Notes: generated from the letters alone by a model not told the origin. Positions 38,038-49,124 are shown, counted from the stretch's first letter. The stretch is 64,000 bases of DNA from an uncultured Acidobacteriota bacterium (GCA_963720545.1 OY970399.1:2976001-3040000); one strand, 5' to 3'. Made by a program: numbers and translations.

Positions 38038-40731
38038 ATGACCACTGACCGGCCGGATCCGGACGCCCTGCTGCGCCGCATCGCAGCCGCCGATCGGCCG
38101 CACCGCGGTCGGCTCAAGGTGTTCTTCGGCGCGGCGCCCGGCGTCGGCAAGACCTTCGCCATGCTCGAAGCCGCGCGGCTGCGCCGGGCCGAGGGGATCG
38201 ATGTCGTCATCGGCTGGGTCGAGACCCACGGACGCGCCGAAACCGCGGCACTCGCCGAAGGCTTCGAGCGGCTGCCGGTGCAGACGGTCGCTTATCGCGA
38301 CATGGAACTGCGCGACTTCGACCTCGCGGCGGCGTTGCGCCGCAAGCCGGGGCTGCTGCTGCTCGACGAGCTCGCGCATACCAACGCGCCGGGGCTGCGC
38401 CACGCGAAGCGCTGGCAGGACGTCGAGGACCTGCGCGACAGCGGCATCGACGTCTACACGACGCTCAACGTCCAGCATGTGGAAAGCCTCAACGACGTCG
38501 TCAACCGTATCACCGGCATCGAGGTGCGTGAGACGGTGCCCGACCGCGTGCTCGACGCGGCCGAGCAGGTGGAATTCGTGGACCTGCCCGCGGACGAGCT
38601 GCTGCGGCGCCTCGAGGAGGGCAAGGTGTACCTGCCCGAGCGCGCCGCGCTCGCCGCGCGCAGCTTCTTCCGCCGCGGCAACCTGCTGGCGCTGCGCGAG
38701 CTGGCGCTGCGGCGCACCGCCGCTCATGTCGACGCGGACGTGCGCGGCTACCGCCGTGACCACGAGATCGAGGCCACCTGGCCGGTCGCGGAGCGCATCC
38801 TCGTGTGCGTGCGTCCCAACCCCGAGAGCGATGCGCTGGTGCGCGCCGGCTGGCGCATGGCCGCGGGGCTGCATGCCGAATGCATCGTGGCGCACGTCGA
38901 GACGGTGGCGCAGCGGCCGCTGAGCGCGCCCGAGCGTACCAGCCTCGCCGGCACGCTGAAGCTCGCCGAGGACCTGGGAGCCGAGACCGCGACCTTGCGC
39001 GGCGACAGCGTCAGCGAGGCGGTGATCGCGTTCGCGCGCGAGCGCAACGTCAGCCGCATCGTGGTGGGGAAGCCGGTGCACGCCCGCTGGCGCGACCGCC
39101 TCAAGGGTTCGCTGCTCGACGAGATCGTGCGCGGCAGCGGCGGCATCGAGGTGGTCGTGATTCCCGGCGGGCGGCGCTTCGACGAAGCGCCGCGGTCCGC
39201 GGCAGCGCCGCCAGCCGCCGCGGGCCGGCCGTTCTGGGCCGACCTGCTGCCGGCCATCGCGGTGGTCGCGGCCTGCACGCTCGTCGGCCGGCCGATGCTG
39301 GGACGGTTCGCCGCCACCGACATGGTGATGATCTACATCCTGGGCGTGGCGCTGCTCGCGACCCTTCGTGGCTGGCGCGCCTCGGCGCTGGCCGCGGTGC
39401 TGGGCGTTGCCGTGTTCGATTTCCTGTTCGTGCCGCCGTACCTCACATTCAGCGTGCACGACCGGAGCTATGCCGTGACCTTCTCCATCATGCTGGCGGT
39501 GAGCTTCCTCATCAGCGGGCTGGCGGCGCGGGTGCGGGCGCAGGCCGAAGCGGCGCAGGCGCGCGAGCGGCGCACCAACAGCCTCTACGCCCTGAGCCGC
39601 GACCTGGCGTCCGCCCTTTCGGTGCAGGACGTGGCGCACGCCGCCTCGCGCCACGTGTCGGAGCTGCTGCACGGCCCGGCACGCGTGCTGCTGCCGGCGA
39701 GCGGCGGCGCGCTCGAAGCGTCGCCCGGGGCGCTTGGCGATCCGGCCCGCGAGAGCGCCGTGGCGGCCTGGGTGTTCGAGCACGGGAGGCCCGCCGGTCT
39801 CGGCACCGACACGCTGCCGGCGGCCGCCTCGTTGTACGTGCCGCTTCCTGGGAGTGGCGCGGTGCTCGGCGTGCTCGCGGTGCGGCCCGCCGACGGGCTG
39901 CTGCCGTTCAGCCCCGACAACCTCTCGCTGGTGCAGACGCTCGCGCGGCAGACCGCCCTGGGCGTCGAGCGCGCGCGCCTCGCCGAGGAGGCGGAGTCGG
40001 CACAGATCGCGGTGCGCACCGAGCGGCTGCGCAACACCCTTCTCACCTCGGCATCGCACGACCTGCGCACGCCGCTGGCCGCGATCACCGGCGCCGCCAG
40101 CTCGCTGCTGCAGCCGGTACCGCTGCAGCCCGCGGTCGAGCGCGAGCTGAAGGAATCGATCTACGACGAAGCCGAGAGCCTCAACCGCCTGGTGACGAAC
40201 CTGCTCGACATGACGCGCCTCGAATCGGGCGCCCTGCCGCTGCAGCGCGAGTGGCATTCGGTCGAGGAGCTGGTGGGCGCCGCGCTCGCGCGGCTCGAAC
40301 GCGCGCTGCGTGGCCGGCGGGTGGCGGCGGCGGTGCCCGCCGACCTGCCGCTCATCTTCGTGGACGGCGTGCTCCTCGAGCAGGTGCTCGTGAACCTGCT
40401 CGACAATGCCTTGAAGCACACGCCGGCGGGCGCCGCAATCGGCGTCGCGGCGCGCGCCACCGGCGACGCGGTGGTGGTCGAGGTGAGCGACGACGGCCCC
40501 GGGCTGCCGCCGGGCGACGAGGAGCGCGTGTTCGAGAAGTTCTACCGCGGCGGTGCCCGCTCCGCGGGCTTCGGCCTGGGGCTGCCCATCTGCCGCGCCA
40601 TCGTCGAGGCGCACGGCGGGCACATCCGCGCCGAGGCTGGTCGCCCCGTCGGCGCGGCCTTCGTCTTCACCTTGCCGCGCACGGCGGCACCGGCGCCGCC
40701 GGGCGAAGAGGATGCCGCCGTTGGCGATTGA
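38038..40731 (+). CDS. kdpD: Sensor histidine kinase KdpD
   Basis: GAAPGVGKT, DELAHTN, USP-like region, 4 TM, GAF-like region, SHDLRTPL, GFGLGL. Confidence 0.96.
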   Translation: MTTDRPDPDALLRRIAAADRPHRGRLKVFFGAAPGVGKTFAMLEAARLRRAEGIDVVIGWVETHGRAETAALAEGFERLPVQTVAYRDMELRDFDLAAALRRKPGLLLLDELAHTNAPGLRHAKRWQDVEDLRDSGIDVYTTLNVQHVESLNDVVNRITGIEVRETVPDRVLDAAEQVEFVDLPADELLRRLEEGKVYLPERAALAARSFFRRGNLLALRELALRRTAAHVDADVRGYRRDHEIEATWPVAERILVCVRPNPESDALVRAGWRMAAGLHAECIVAHVETVAQRPLSAPERTSLAGTLKLAEDLGAETATLRGDSVSEAVIAFARERNVSRIVVGKPVHARWRDRLKGSLLDEIVRGSGGIEVVVIPGGRRFDEAPRSAAAPPAAAGRPFWADLLPAIAVVAACTLVGRPMLGRFAATDMVMIYILGVALLATLRGWRASALAAVLGVAVFDFLFVPPYLTFSVHDRSYAVTFSIMLAVSFLISGLAARVRAQAEAAQARERRTNSLYALSRDLASALSVQDVAHAASRHVSELLHGPARVLLPASGGALEASPGALGDPARESAVAAWVFEHGRPAGLGTDTLPAAASLYVPLPGSGAVLGVLAVRPADGLLPFSPDNLSLVQTLARQTALGVERARLAEEAESAQIAVRTERLRNTLLTSASHDLRTPLAAITGAASSLLQPVPLQPAVERELKESIYDEAESLNRLVTNLLDMTRLESGALPLQREWHSVEELVGAALARLERALRGRRVAAAVPADLPLIFVDGVLLEQVLVNLLDNALKHTPAGAAIGVAARATGDAVVVEVSDDGPGLPPGDEERVFEKFYRGGARSAGFGLGLPICRAIVEAHGGHIRAEAGRPVGAAFVFTLPRTAAPAPPGEEDAAVGD

Positions 40732-41464
40732 CCCGGGCCAGGGCAACGCCGAGCGCGCCGCCGGCGAAGGCGCCGGCCGGGTGATTCTCGCCATCGAAGA
40801 CGAAGCCGCGCTGCTGCGCTTCCTGCGCGCAACCCTGCCCGCGCACGGCTATCGCCTCGTCGAGGCGCAAACCGGCGGCCAGGGGCTCATCGAGGCGTCC
40901 ACCCGCGCGCCCGACGTCATCCTCCTCGACCTCGGCCTGCCCGACATAGACGGCGTCGCGGTCGCGCGCAAGGTCCGCGAGTGGAGCGCGGTGCCCATCA
41001 TCGTGCTCTCGGCGCGCGGCCAGGAGCAGGACAAGATCGAGGCGCTCGACGCGGGCGCCGATGACTACCTCACCAAGCCGTTCGGCGTCGGCGAGCTGCT
41101 GGCGCGCATCCGGGTGGCGGTGCGCAAGCAGGCGCGCGCCGGCGACGGCGCGCCTGGCGCGGTGTTTCGCAGCGGCGGCCTCAGCGTCGACCTCGCGGCA
41201 CGGCGCGTGATGGTGGACGAGCGGGAAGTGCGGCTGACGCGCACCGAGTTCAACCTGCTCGCGACGCTCGTGAAGAACGCCGGCCGCGTGCTGACCCACC
41301 GCCAGCTGCTGCGCGACGTCTGGGGGCCGGGCGCCGTGGGCCAGCCGCACTACGTCCGCGTCTACATGGGCCAGCTGCGCCACAAGCTGGAGGCGGATCC
41401 GGCGCGGCCGCGTTACCTGCAGACCGAGGTCGGCGTCGGCTACCGGCTGAAGACCGACAACTAG
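40721..41464 (+). CDS. kdpE: Response regulator KdpE (OmpR family)
   Basis: LLDLGLPD, GADDYLTKPF, LTHRQLL..VWG, TEVGVGYR. Start approximate (TTG 40721). Confidence 0.93.
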   Translation: MAIDPGQGNAERAAGEGAGRVILAIEDEAALLRFLRATLPAHGYRLVEAQTGGQGLIEASTRAPDVILLDLGLPDIDGVAVARKVREWSAVPIIVLSARGQEQDKIEALDAGADDYLTKPFGVGELLARIRVAVRKQARAGDGAPGAVFRSGGLSVDLAARRVMVDEREVRLTRTEFNLLATLVKNAGRVLTHRQLLRDVWGPGAVGQPHYVRVYMGQLRHKLEADPARPRYLQTEVGVGYRLKTDN

Positions 41465-41512
41465 CCGCCCCGGCGTGCAGCAGGGGCGCCTGTCGTTGCA
41501 TACTCTCGTCCC

Positions 41513-42988
41513 ATGAAGAAGAAGAAGAAGACGACGACAAACCTGAAGCGGGCGGCCGCCGCTGCCTTGTGCGTCTCTTTGCTGCAGCCGTCCGTGGGAC
41601 GCGCTGCCGACGCCGCTGCCGATCCGCGCGTGCAGGTGGCACTCGACGCCGCCCGCACCTGGCTCGCCGCGGAGCGCGACTATGACGGCGTTCCCGGGCT
41701 CTCGGCCGCCGTCGTCTACGACCAGCAGACGCTCTGGAGCGGTGGCTTCGGCTTTGCCGACGTCGCCACAAAGCGCGCGGCGACCGCCGACACCATCTAC
41801 AGCATCTGCTCCATCTCGAAGCTGTTCACCAGCATCGCTGTGATGCAGCAGCGCGATGCCGGCAAGCTGCGGCTCGACGATCCAGTGGCGAAGCACCTGC
41901 CGTGGTTCGCGCTCAAGAAGACCCAAGGCGAGGGCGACGTCACCATCGAGGGCCTGCTGACCCACGCCTCCGGCCTGCCACGCGAGTCCGACTACCCGTA
42001 CTGGAAGACGCCGTCGCTCTTCCCGACGGCAGCGCAGATCGAGGCGCGGGTCAAGGAGCAAAGCGCCTTGTACGTGCCGGAGACCCGGTTCCAGTACTCG
42101 AACCTCGGCCTGACGCTCGCCGGCGACGTGGCAGCGGCCGCGGCCGGCATGCCGTACGCCGAGCTGGTGAAGAAGAACATCCTCGACCCGCTCGGGCTCG
42201 CGAGCACGACTTCGGAGATGCCCGCGGCCGAGAAGGGCCGCAGGCTCGCAACCGGCTACACCTCGCGCGACCGCAGCGGCCAGCGCCGCGAGGCGCCGTT
42301 CTTCACCGCCAACGGCATCGCGCCGGCGGCGGGCTACGCGTCCACGGTCAACGACCTGTCGCGCTTCGCGCAATGGCAGTTCCGCCTGCTCGCAAAAGGT
42401 GGGACCGAAGTGCTGAAGGCGACCACCTTGCGTGAAATGCATCGCGTCCACTGGGCCGAGCCCGACCTGCAGACGATCTGGGGGCTCGGCTTCGCCATCA
42501 TGCGCGACGGCGACAAGTTCCTGGTGGGCCATGGCGGCAGCTGCCCCGGGTTTCGCAGCGACCTGGTGCTGATGCCGCAGGAGAAGATCGCGGCCGTAGT
42601 CATGGCGAACGCGCAGGCAGTCGACACCAACGTGTACGCCGAGGGCCTCTACTCGCTCGTGGGCCCGGCGCTGCGCGCCGCCGCGAAGGAGCCGGGCAAG
42701 GGCAAGGCGGCCGACGAGTCGCTGCGCAAGTTCGTGGGCGCCTACGATTCCGGCGGCTGGGGCGGCGAGTTCGCCGTCATCTATTGGGAGGACGGGCTCG
42801 CGGTGATGGGCCTGCCGACACGCGATCCGGTCAAGGAACTCGACAAGTTGAAGAAAACCGGCGACAACACGTTCCGGCGCGTGCTGTCGGACGAATCGCT
42901 GGGCGAGGAATGGGTGTTCACGCTCGGCGCCGACGGCAAGGTCACCCAGCTCTCCATCCACAGCAACTCCTACCCACGCCTGCCGTGA
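41513..42988 (+). CDS. Exported serine hydrolase, beta-lactamase class C family
   Basis: Signal peptide; SISK (SxxK), LLTHASG, YSN, HGG. Confidence 0.88.
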   Translation: MKKKKKTTTNLKRAAAAALCVSLLQPSVGRAADAAADPRVQVALDAARTWLAAERDYDGVPGLSAAVVYDQQTLWSGGFGFADVATKRAATADTIYSICSISKLFTSIAVMQQRDAGKLRLDDPVAKHLPWFALKKTQGEGDVTIEGLLTHASGLPRESDYPYWKTPSLFPTAAQIEARVKEQSALYVPETRFQYSNLGLTLAGDVAAAAAGMPYAELVKKNILDPLGLASTTSEMPAAEKGRRLATGYTSRDRSGQRREAPFFTANGIAPAAGYASTVNDLSRFAQWQFRLLAKGGTEVLKATTLREMHRVHWAEPDLQTIWGLGFAIMRDGDKFLVGHGGSCPGFRSDLVLMPQEKIAAVVMANAQAVDTNVYAEGLYSLVGPALRAAAKEPGKGKAADESLRKFVGAYDSGGWGGEFAVIYWEDGLAVMGLPTRDPVKELDKLKKTGDNTFRRVLSDESLGEEWVFTLGADGKVTQLSIHSNSYPRLP

Positions 42989-43048
42989 ACCCCGCGGCGC
43001 CGGGGAATAACCGGCGCCCTCTCAGGTAAGTCCCATCAAGGAGCGTTC

Positions 43049-46000
43049 ATGACCAGATGGCGCCGCAAGTTCGTGCTGCCGGCTGCCGCCGTGGCCGGCC
43101 TGTGCCTCGCGGCCGCCACGGTGCGCTCGAGCGGCGGCGCCTTCGGGCAGATCGCCGGTGGCCGTGTCACAAAAATGATCTACACCGGCGACGTGGCTGT
43201 TGAGGATGAAGACGGGGAAGAGGGTGGCTTGACGTTCCGCATCGGCGATGCCCAGGGCGAAGGCGAGCCCGGCGAAGCGCCAGTGAAGATCGCGCGACCG
43301 CGCGCGGAGCAGCTCGACGCCGCGGCGGCGGCACGCATCCTTGCGCGGCTGCCCGCGCTGCCGGAGGTCCCGGGCGAGAAGCAGCCGTTAGCGTTGCGTG
43401 AGAAGTCGCTGCCGCCGCCGCGCACCGGCAAGACGGTGCACGTGCCGTTTCCGCCGCCGTCGTCGCCGCTGCCGTTTCCGTCCGCCGCGACCACAGGCCC
43501 GCTCGACGTCGTGCGCTTCGCGCCCGAGGGCGAGGTGAAGATCGCCGCCGACCTCAGCGTCACGTTCTCGCAGCCGATGGTGGCGGTGACGACGCAGGAC
43601 GAGTTGAACCAGCAGAACGTACCGGTGCGCATCACGCCGCAGCCGCGCGGCCGCTGGCGCTGGGTGGGAACGAAGACGCTGCTGTTCGATCCCGAAGTGC
43701 GCTTCCCGATGGCGACCCGCTACTCGGTGGAAGTGCCGGCAGGAACGACGAGCGCCGGCGGCGGAACGCTCGCTGTCGCGAAGCGCTGGACCTTCACCAC
43801 ACCGCCGCCCACCGTGATCGGGCGCCATCCGCAGGGCGTGACGACCGGCCGCGAGCCGCTGATCCTCGCGGTGTTCGACCAGCGGATCGAGGCGGCGGCA
43901 CTGCTGCCTTCGATCGCGCTTGCGCCCGCCGCCGGAGCGGCCATCGCGCCGCGCCTCGCGACCGCTGAAGAAATCGCGGCCGACAAGGAGTTCAAGGCGC
44001 TCTGGGACGCCGCCCCCGAAGACCGGCGCATCGCACTGCGTCCGGCGCAATCGCTGCCTTCCGCAAACGCGGTCGCGGTGACGATCGCCGCCGGCGCGCG
44101 GTCGGCGGAGGGTTCGCAGAAGACCACTGCTTCGCAGTCGTGGTCGTTCGCCACTTACGGCGCGATGACGGTCGTCAGCCACGAATGCGGCTATCGCAAC
44201 GAATGCCATCCGCTCGATCCGTGGAGCGTGCAGTTCTCGAACCGCATCGACGCAAAAAAGTTCGAACGCAAGGCGGTGAGCGTAGTGCCTGCGCTGCCCG
44301 GCATGAAGGTGGCCGTCTGGGGCACGACCCTGAACATCTCGGGTGAGGCGAAGGCCAACAGCCGCTACACCGTCACCGTCGCGGCGGTTCCCGACCTCTT
44401 TGGGCAGGTGCTCGAGAAGCCGGTCACGTTCACCATCGCAGTGGGCGCGGCGCGGCCCAATTTCTTCGTGCCCGGCAACAACTTCGTGGTCCTCGACCCG
44501 AACGGGCCGCAGCGCGTGGCGGCGTTCACCACCGGCTACAAGACGCTGCGCATCACCGCCTACGCGGTTTCACCCGCCGACTTCCCGGCATTCCAGAAGG
44601 CCGCCGCGGCGGCGATGCGCAACGAGCGCGGCGCTTCGTGGAACGTCGGCCGCGTGGCGCACCAGGCAACCGTCAACGTGCGCGGCGGGCTCGACGAACT
44701 CGCGGAGACGCCGATCGACCTGGCGCCGGCGCTGCGCGGCAAGCCGGGCCACCTGGCGGTCAAAGTGGAGCCCCTGCCGAGGCGCGCGGATCGGAACCGC
44801 GAGGCCACGTGGCTGTGGGTGCAGTCCACACGCATCGGCCTCGACGCTTACGTCGACGCACAGGAACTCGTGGCGTTCGCGTCCTCGCTCGCCGACGGCA
44901 AGCCGCTTGCGGGCGCCCGCCTTTCGCTCCTGCCCACCGGTGCGTCAACAGACACCGGCGCCGACGGACTCGGCCGGCTCGCGCTTGGCACGGCAGGAGC
45001 CGGCATGCTCGTGGCGCGCAGCGGCGACGACGTGGCGCTCCTGCCGCGCGACGCCTCCCTCTGGGGCGGGGGCGAGGGCTGGCAACGCAGCGCCGAGGGC
45101 ACCGCCGAGCATTTCTTCGTTTTCGACGACCGCGGCATGTACCGGCCTGGAGAGGAAGTGAAGCTGAAGGGGATCGTGCGCGGCTACGGTATGGGCCGCG
45201 GCGGGGACCTTGGCCTCGTGCCGAACGTGCGCAGCGTTTCCTGGATGCTGCGCGATTCGCAGGGCAACGAGGTCGCGAAGGGCGAGCGGCCGGTGGGAGC
45301 GCTCGGCGGCTTCGAGCTGTCGCTGCCGCTGCCCGCGACCATCAACCTCGGCACCGCCTCCGTCGAGTTCACGACGAGCAGCGGCGGTGTCCACACCCAC
45401 AGCTTCGCAGTCGAGGAGTTCCGGAGGCCGGAATTCGAAGTGAAGGTGGCGCCGAGCGGCGGCCCGTACCTCATCGGCAGCGCAGCGCACGCAACGGTGT
45501 CGGCCTCCTACTACGCCGGCGGCGCGCTCGGCGAGGCCGAGGTGCGCTGGGACGTGTCTTCGTCGCCCGCTTCATTCGCGCCGCCCAACTGGGACGGCTT
45601 CACCTTCGGCCGCTTCGTTCCGTGGTGGGGGAGCTTCGGCCGCCCCACGCGCATTCCCGGCAGGGGGTTGCAGAAGAGCCGCACCTTCGCCGCGCACACC
45701 GATGCGAGCGGCCGGCACATGCTGCGCATCGACCTCGATGCGGTGACCCCGCCGCAGGCGACGCTGGTCACCGCAAGCGCCTCGGTGATGGACGTGAACC
45801 GCCAGGCGTGGAGCGATTCGACCTCGCTCCTCGTGCACCCCGCGGCTGTCTACGTGGGCCTGCGCAGCGAGCGCTATTTCGTGCAGCAGGGACAGCCGCT
45901 CGACGTGGACGTCATCGTCCCGGACCTCGACGGCAAGGCCGTCACTGGCCGCACGGTCGCGGTGCGCGCCGAGCGGCTCGACTGGGAGCAGGTCGAAGGC

Positions 46001-49000
46001 GAGTGGCGGGAGGTCGCGTCGCCGGCCGGAAACTGTGAGGTGACGTCCGCTTCGCAACCGCAGCGCTGCACGTTCCGCCCGAAGGAAGGCGGCTCGTATC
46101 GAATCACGGCCGCCGTGCAGGACGAGCAGGGCCGCGCCAACGAGTCGGTGCTGCAGCTCTGGGTGGCGGGCGGCAAGAGCGTGCCGCGCCGCGACGTGTC
46201 CCATGAAGAGGTGCAGCTCATCCCGGCGAAGAAGGAGTTCCGCGCCGGCGAGACGGCGGAGATCCTGGTCATTGCGCCATTCGCGCCGGCCGAGGGCGTC
46301 GTCACACTGCGCCGCTCCGGCATCGTCAAGACAGAACGCATCTCGCTCAGTGGCTCGAGCCAGACGCTGAAAGTGGCGATCGACGAGGCGATGACGCCCA
46401 ACGTCTACGTGCAAGTGGACCTCGTCGGCGCGGCGCCGCGCACCGGCGACGGCGGCTCGGTCGCGGGGAAAAGGCCCGCGTACGCGAGCGGCAGTCTCAA
46501 GCTCGAGGTGCCGCCGCGGGCCCGGACGCTGGCGGTTTCAGCCAGGCCACGCGAGCAAGCGATCGCTCCTGGCGAATCGACCACGGTGGACCTGGAAGTG
46601 AAGGATGCGGCCGGCAAGCCGGCCGCGGGCAGCGAAGTGACGGTGATCGTGGTGGACGAAGCGGTGCTGGCGCTGAGCGGCTACCGGACGCCCGATCCGC
46701 TCGCTGCCTTCTACTCCGAGCGCGAGCCCGGGGTCGCCGACTATCACAGCCGCGCGCACGTGCAGCTTGGAAAACTGGAATTTCCGACAGGAGCCTTTGG
46801 CGGAATGGCCGATTCCGTGGGGGTTGCCGAGCGCCGGGCGAACGCACCCGTGCCGCAGGCGATGGCGATGATGAAATCGGAGGCCCGCGAAGATCGTACC
46901 GCGGGTCCCGCCCAGGCCATTCGCGTGCGCAGCGATTTCGCGGCGCTCGCGTACTTCGCGCCCGCGGTCGCAACCGATGCGTCGGGACGCGCTTCCGTAA
47001 CAGTAAAGCTGCCGGACAACCTCACGCGCTACCGGGTGATGGCGGTGGCCGCCAGCGGGCCGAAGGCATTCGGCTCGGGAGAATCGACGCTCACCGCCCG
47101 CCTGCCCCTCATGGTGCGCCCTTCGGCGCCGCGCTTCCTCAACTGGGGCGACCGGTTCGAGCTGCCGGTGGTCGTCCAGAACCACACCGACGAGGCGCTC
47201 GACGTCGAGGTCGCGGTGCGCGCGTCGAACCTCGCCGTCGTGGAAGGCGCTGGCCGCAGGCTGCGCGTGCCGGCGCACGACCGCGCCGAGGTGCGCTTTG
47301 CCATCGCCACGATTGGCGCCGGCAGCGCGCGCATCCAGGTGGCCGGCGTCTCCGGCGCTTATGCCGACTCGGCAGAGGTGAGCCTGCCTATCTGGAGCCC
47401 TCTGACCACCGAAGCGTTCGCGACGTACGGGCAAGTCGACGGCGAGGGCGCCGTCGGCGGCGACGCCGTACGCCAACCGATTGCAGCACCGCAGGGTGTG
47501 GTGCCGCAGTTCGGCGGCCTCGAGATCACGACCTCGTCAACCGCGCTGCAAGCACTCACAGATGCGGTGTTGTACCTCGTGTCGTACCGCTTCGACTGCG
47601 TCGAGCAGGTTGCGTCACGCCTCCTCGCGATTGCCGCGCTGCGCGACGTGCTCACCGCCTTCGAGGCGAAGGACCTGCCGAAGCCCGAAGCGCTTCTGGC
47701 TTCGGTGGCAGCCGACCTGAAGCGGCTCGAGGCGCTGCAAAACGACGACGGCGGCTTCGCCTTCTGGCGCCGCGGCGATCCGTCGTGGCCCTACCTCTCG
47801 ATCCACGCGGCGCGCGCGCTGCAGGCGGCGAAGGGCAAGGGCTTCGCGGTGCCCGCCCCGCTCCTCGAGCGCTCGCGCGGCTACCTGCGGCAGGTGGAAA
47901 AGAGAATTCCGAAGGACTATCCGCCGTCGGTGCGCAACGTCCTCATCGCGTACGCGCTCGACGTGCGGGCCCGCATGGGCGACCCCGACCCGGCGCGCGC
48001 CCGCACTCTCGTGCAGGAAGCAGGTGTCGACAAGCTCTCCTTCGAGTCGCTCGGCTGGTTGCTCGGCGCGCTCGGCAGCGACAAGAACTCGGCTGCCACC
48101 GTCGCCGCCATCCGCCGCCGCCTCGACAACGCCGCGACCGAAACCGCCTCGACCGCGCACTTCGCGGTTTCGTATTCGGACGGCGCGCACTTGCTGCTGC
48201 ACTCGGATCGTCGCGCCGACGCCGTCATCCTCGACGCTCTGATTGCGCAGGATTCAAGGAACAGCCTCATCCCCAAGCTGGTCGCGGGCCTGCTCAACCA
48301 TCGCAAGGCGGGCCGCTGGAGCAACACGCAGGAAAACGCGTTCGTGCTGCTGGCGCTCGACCGCTACTTCGGTGCCTACGAAAAGACCACGCCCGATTTC
48401 GTCGCGCGACTGTGGCTGGGCGAAGCGTTCGCCGGTGAGCAGCCGTTCCGCGGCCACAGCACCGAGAGCCGCCGCCTCGCCGTCCCGATGGCGGAGCTTG
48501 TAGCGGGGGACCGCCAGAAAGACCTGGTCATCGGCAAGGCCGGCGCCGGCCGGCTCTACTACCGCATCGGGCTGCGCTACGCGCCGCAGGGCCTGCGCCT
48601 CGACCCGGCCGACAACGGCTTCGTGGTGGCGCGCGAGTACCAGGGGATTGATGCACCGGACGACGTGCGCCGCAAAGCCGACGGCACCTGGCAGGTGCGC
48701 GCCGGGGCGCGGGTGCGGGTGCGCGTGACGATGGTTAACGAGGCGCGGCGTTATCACGTGGCGCTCGTCGATCCGCTGCCTGCCGGCTACGAGGCCCAGA
48801 ACCCGGCGCTCGCAACGACCGGGCCACTCCCAGCCCCCGATCAGGTCGGCGGCTCGGGCGACGTGAGGCCGCTCCTGCGCGGCTTCTGGTGGTGGCCCGG
48901 TCCCTGGTTCGAGCACCAGAACCTGCGCGACGACCGCGTCGAGGCCTTCACCCCGCTGCTCTGGGAAGGCGTCCACACGTATACCTACACGGCAAGAGCG

Positions 49001-49102
49001 ACTACTCCGGGCACGTTCATCGTGCCCCCGCCCACCGCCGAGGAGATGTACGAGCCCGAGACTTTCGGCCGCGGAAGCTCGTCAACGGTTGTGATCCGGT
49101 AA
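43049..49102 (+). CDS. Bacterial alpha-2-macroglobulin
   Basis: 2017 aa; DRGMYRPGE, EEFRRPEF, VVDEAVL, LPDNLTRYR, thioester motif CVEQ, AEEMYEPE; AAGGAG SD. Confidence 0.93.
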   Translation: MTRWRRKFVLPAAAVAGLCLAAATVRSSGGAFGQIAGGRVTKMIYTGDVAVEDEDGEEGGLTFRIGDAQGEGEPGEAPVKIARPRAEQLDAAAAARILARLPALPEVPGEKQPLALREKSLPPPRTGKTVHVPFPPPSSPLPFPSAATTGPLDVVRFAPEGEVKIAADLSVTFSQPMVAVTTQDELNQQNVPVRITPQPRGRWRWVGTKTLLFDPEVRFPMATRYSVEVPAGTTSAGGGTLAVAKRWTFTTPPPTVIGRHPQGVTTGREPLILAVFDQRIEAAALLPSIALAPAAGAAIAPRLATAEEIAADKEFKALWDAAPEDRRIALRPAQSLPSANAVAVTIAAGARSAEGSQKTTASQSWSFATYGAMTVVSHECGYRNECHPLDPWSVQFSNRIDAKKFERKAVSVVPALPGMKVAVWGTTLNISGEAKANSRYTVTVAAVPDLFGQVLEKPVTFTIAVGAARPNFFVPGNNFVVLDPNGPQRVAAFTTGYKTLRITAYAVSPADFPAFQKAAAAAMRNERGASWNVGRVAHQATVNVRGGLDELAETPIDLAPALRGKPGHLAVKVEPLPRRADRNREATWLWVQSTRIGLDAYVDAQELVAFASSLADGKPLAGARLSLLPTGASTDTGADGLGRLALGTAGAGMLVARSGDDVALLPRDASLWGGGEGWQRSAEGTAEHFFVFDDRGMYRPGEEVKLKGIVRGYGMGRGGDLGLVPNVRSVSWMLRDSQGNEVAKGERPVGALGGFELSLPLPATINLGTASVEFTTSSGGVHTHSFAVEEFRRPEFEVKVAPSGGPYLIGSAAHATVSASYYAGGALGEAEVRWDVSSSPASFAPPNWDGFTFGRFVPWWGSFGRPTRIPGRGLQKSRTFAAHTDASGRHMLRIDLDAVTPPQATLVTASASVMDVNRQAWSDSTSLLVHPAAVYVGLRSERYFVQQGQPLDVDVIVPDLDGKAVTGRTVAVRAERLDWEQVEGEWREVASPAGNCEVTSASQPQRCTFRPKEGGSYRITAAVQDEQGRANESVLQLWVAGGKSVPRRDVSHEEVQLIPAKKEFRAGETAEILVIAPFAPAEGVVTLRRSGIVKTERISLSGSSQTLKVAIDEAMTPNVYVQVDLVGAAPRTGDGGSVAGKRPAYASGSLKLEVPPRARTLAVSARPREQAIAPGESTTVDLEVKDAAGKPAAGSEVTVIVVDEAVLALSGYRTPDPLAAFYSEREPGVADYHSRAHVQLGKLEFPTGAFGGMADSVGVAERRANAPVPQAMAMMKSEAREDRTAGPAQAIRVRSDFAALAYFAPAVATDASGRASVTVKLPDNLTRYRVMAVAASGPKAFGSGESTLTARLPLMVRPSAPRFLNWGDRFELPVVVQNHTDEALDVEVAVRASNLAVVEGAGRRLRVPAHDRAEVRFAIATIGAGSARIQVAGVSGAYADSAEVSLPIWSPLTTEAFATYGQVDGEGAVGGDAVRQPIAAPQGVVPQFGGLEITTSSTALQALTDAVLYLVSYRFDCVEQVASRLLAIAALRDVLTAFEAKDLPKPEALLASVAADLKRLEALQNDDGGFAFWRRGDPSWPYLSIHAARALQAAKGKGFAVPAPLLERSRGYLRQVEKRIPKDYPPSVRNVLIAYALDVRARMGDPDPARARTLVQEAGVDKLSFESLGWLLGALGSDKNSAATVAAIRRRLDNAATETASTAHFAVSYSDGAHLLLHSDRRADAVILDALIAQDSRNSLIPKLVAGLLNHRKAGRWSNTQENAFVLLALDRYFGAYEKTTPDFVARLWLGEAFAGEQPFRGHSTESRRLAVPMAELVAGDRQKDLVIGKAGAGRLYYRIGLRYAPQGLRLDPADNGFVVAREYQGIDAPDDVRRKADGTWQVRAGARVRVRVTMVNEARRYHVALVDPLPAGYEAQNPALATTGPLPAPDQVGGSGDVRPLLRGFWWWPGPWFEHQNLRDDRVEAFTPLLWEGVHTYTYTARATTPGTFIVPPPTAEEMYEPETFGRGSSSTVVIR

Positions 49103-49124
49103 CCGGGGGTATCCCCGTAAGCTG

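Noticed and set aside
41516..41530. (AAG)5 repeat at the serine hydrolase start
   Set aside because: A triplet repeat cannot shift frame. It encodes the basic n-region of a signal peptide.
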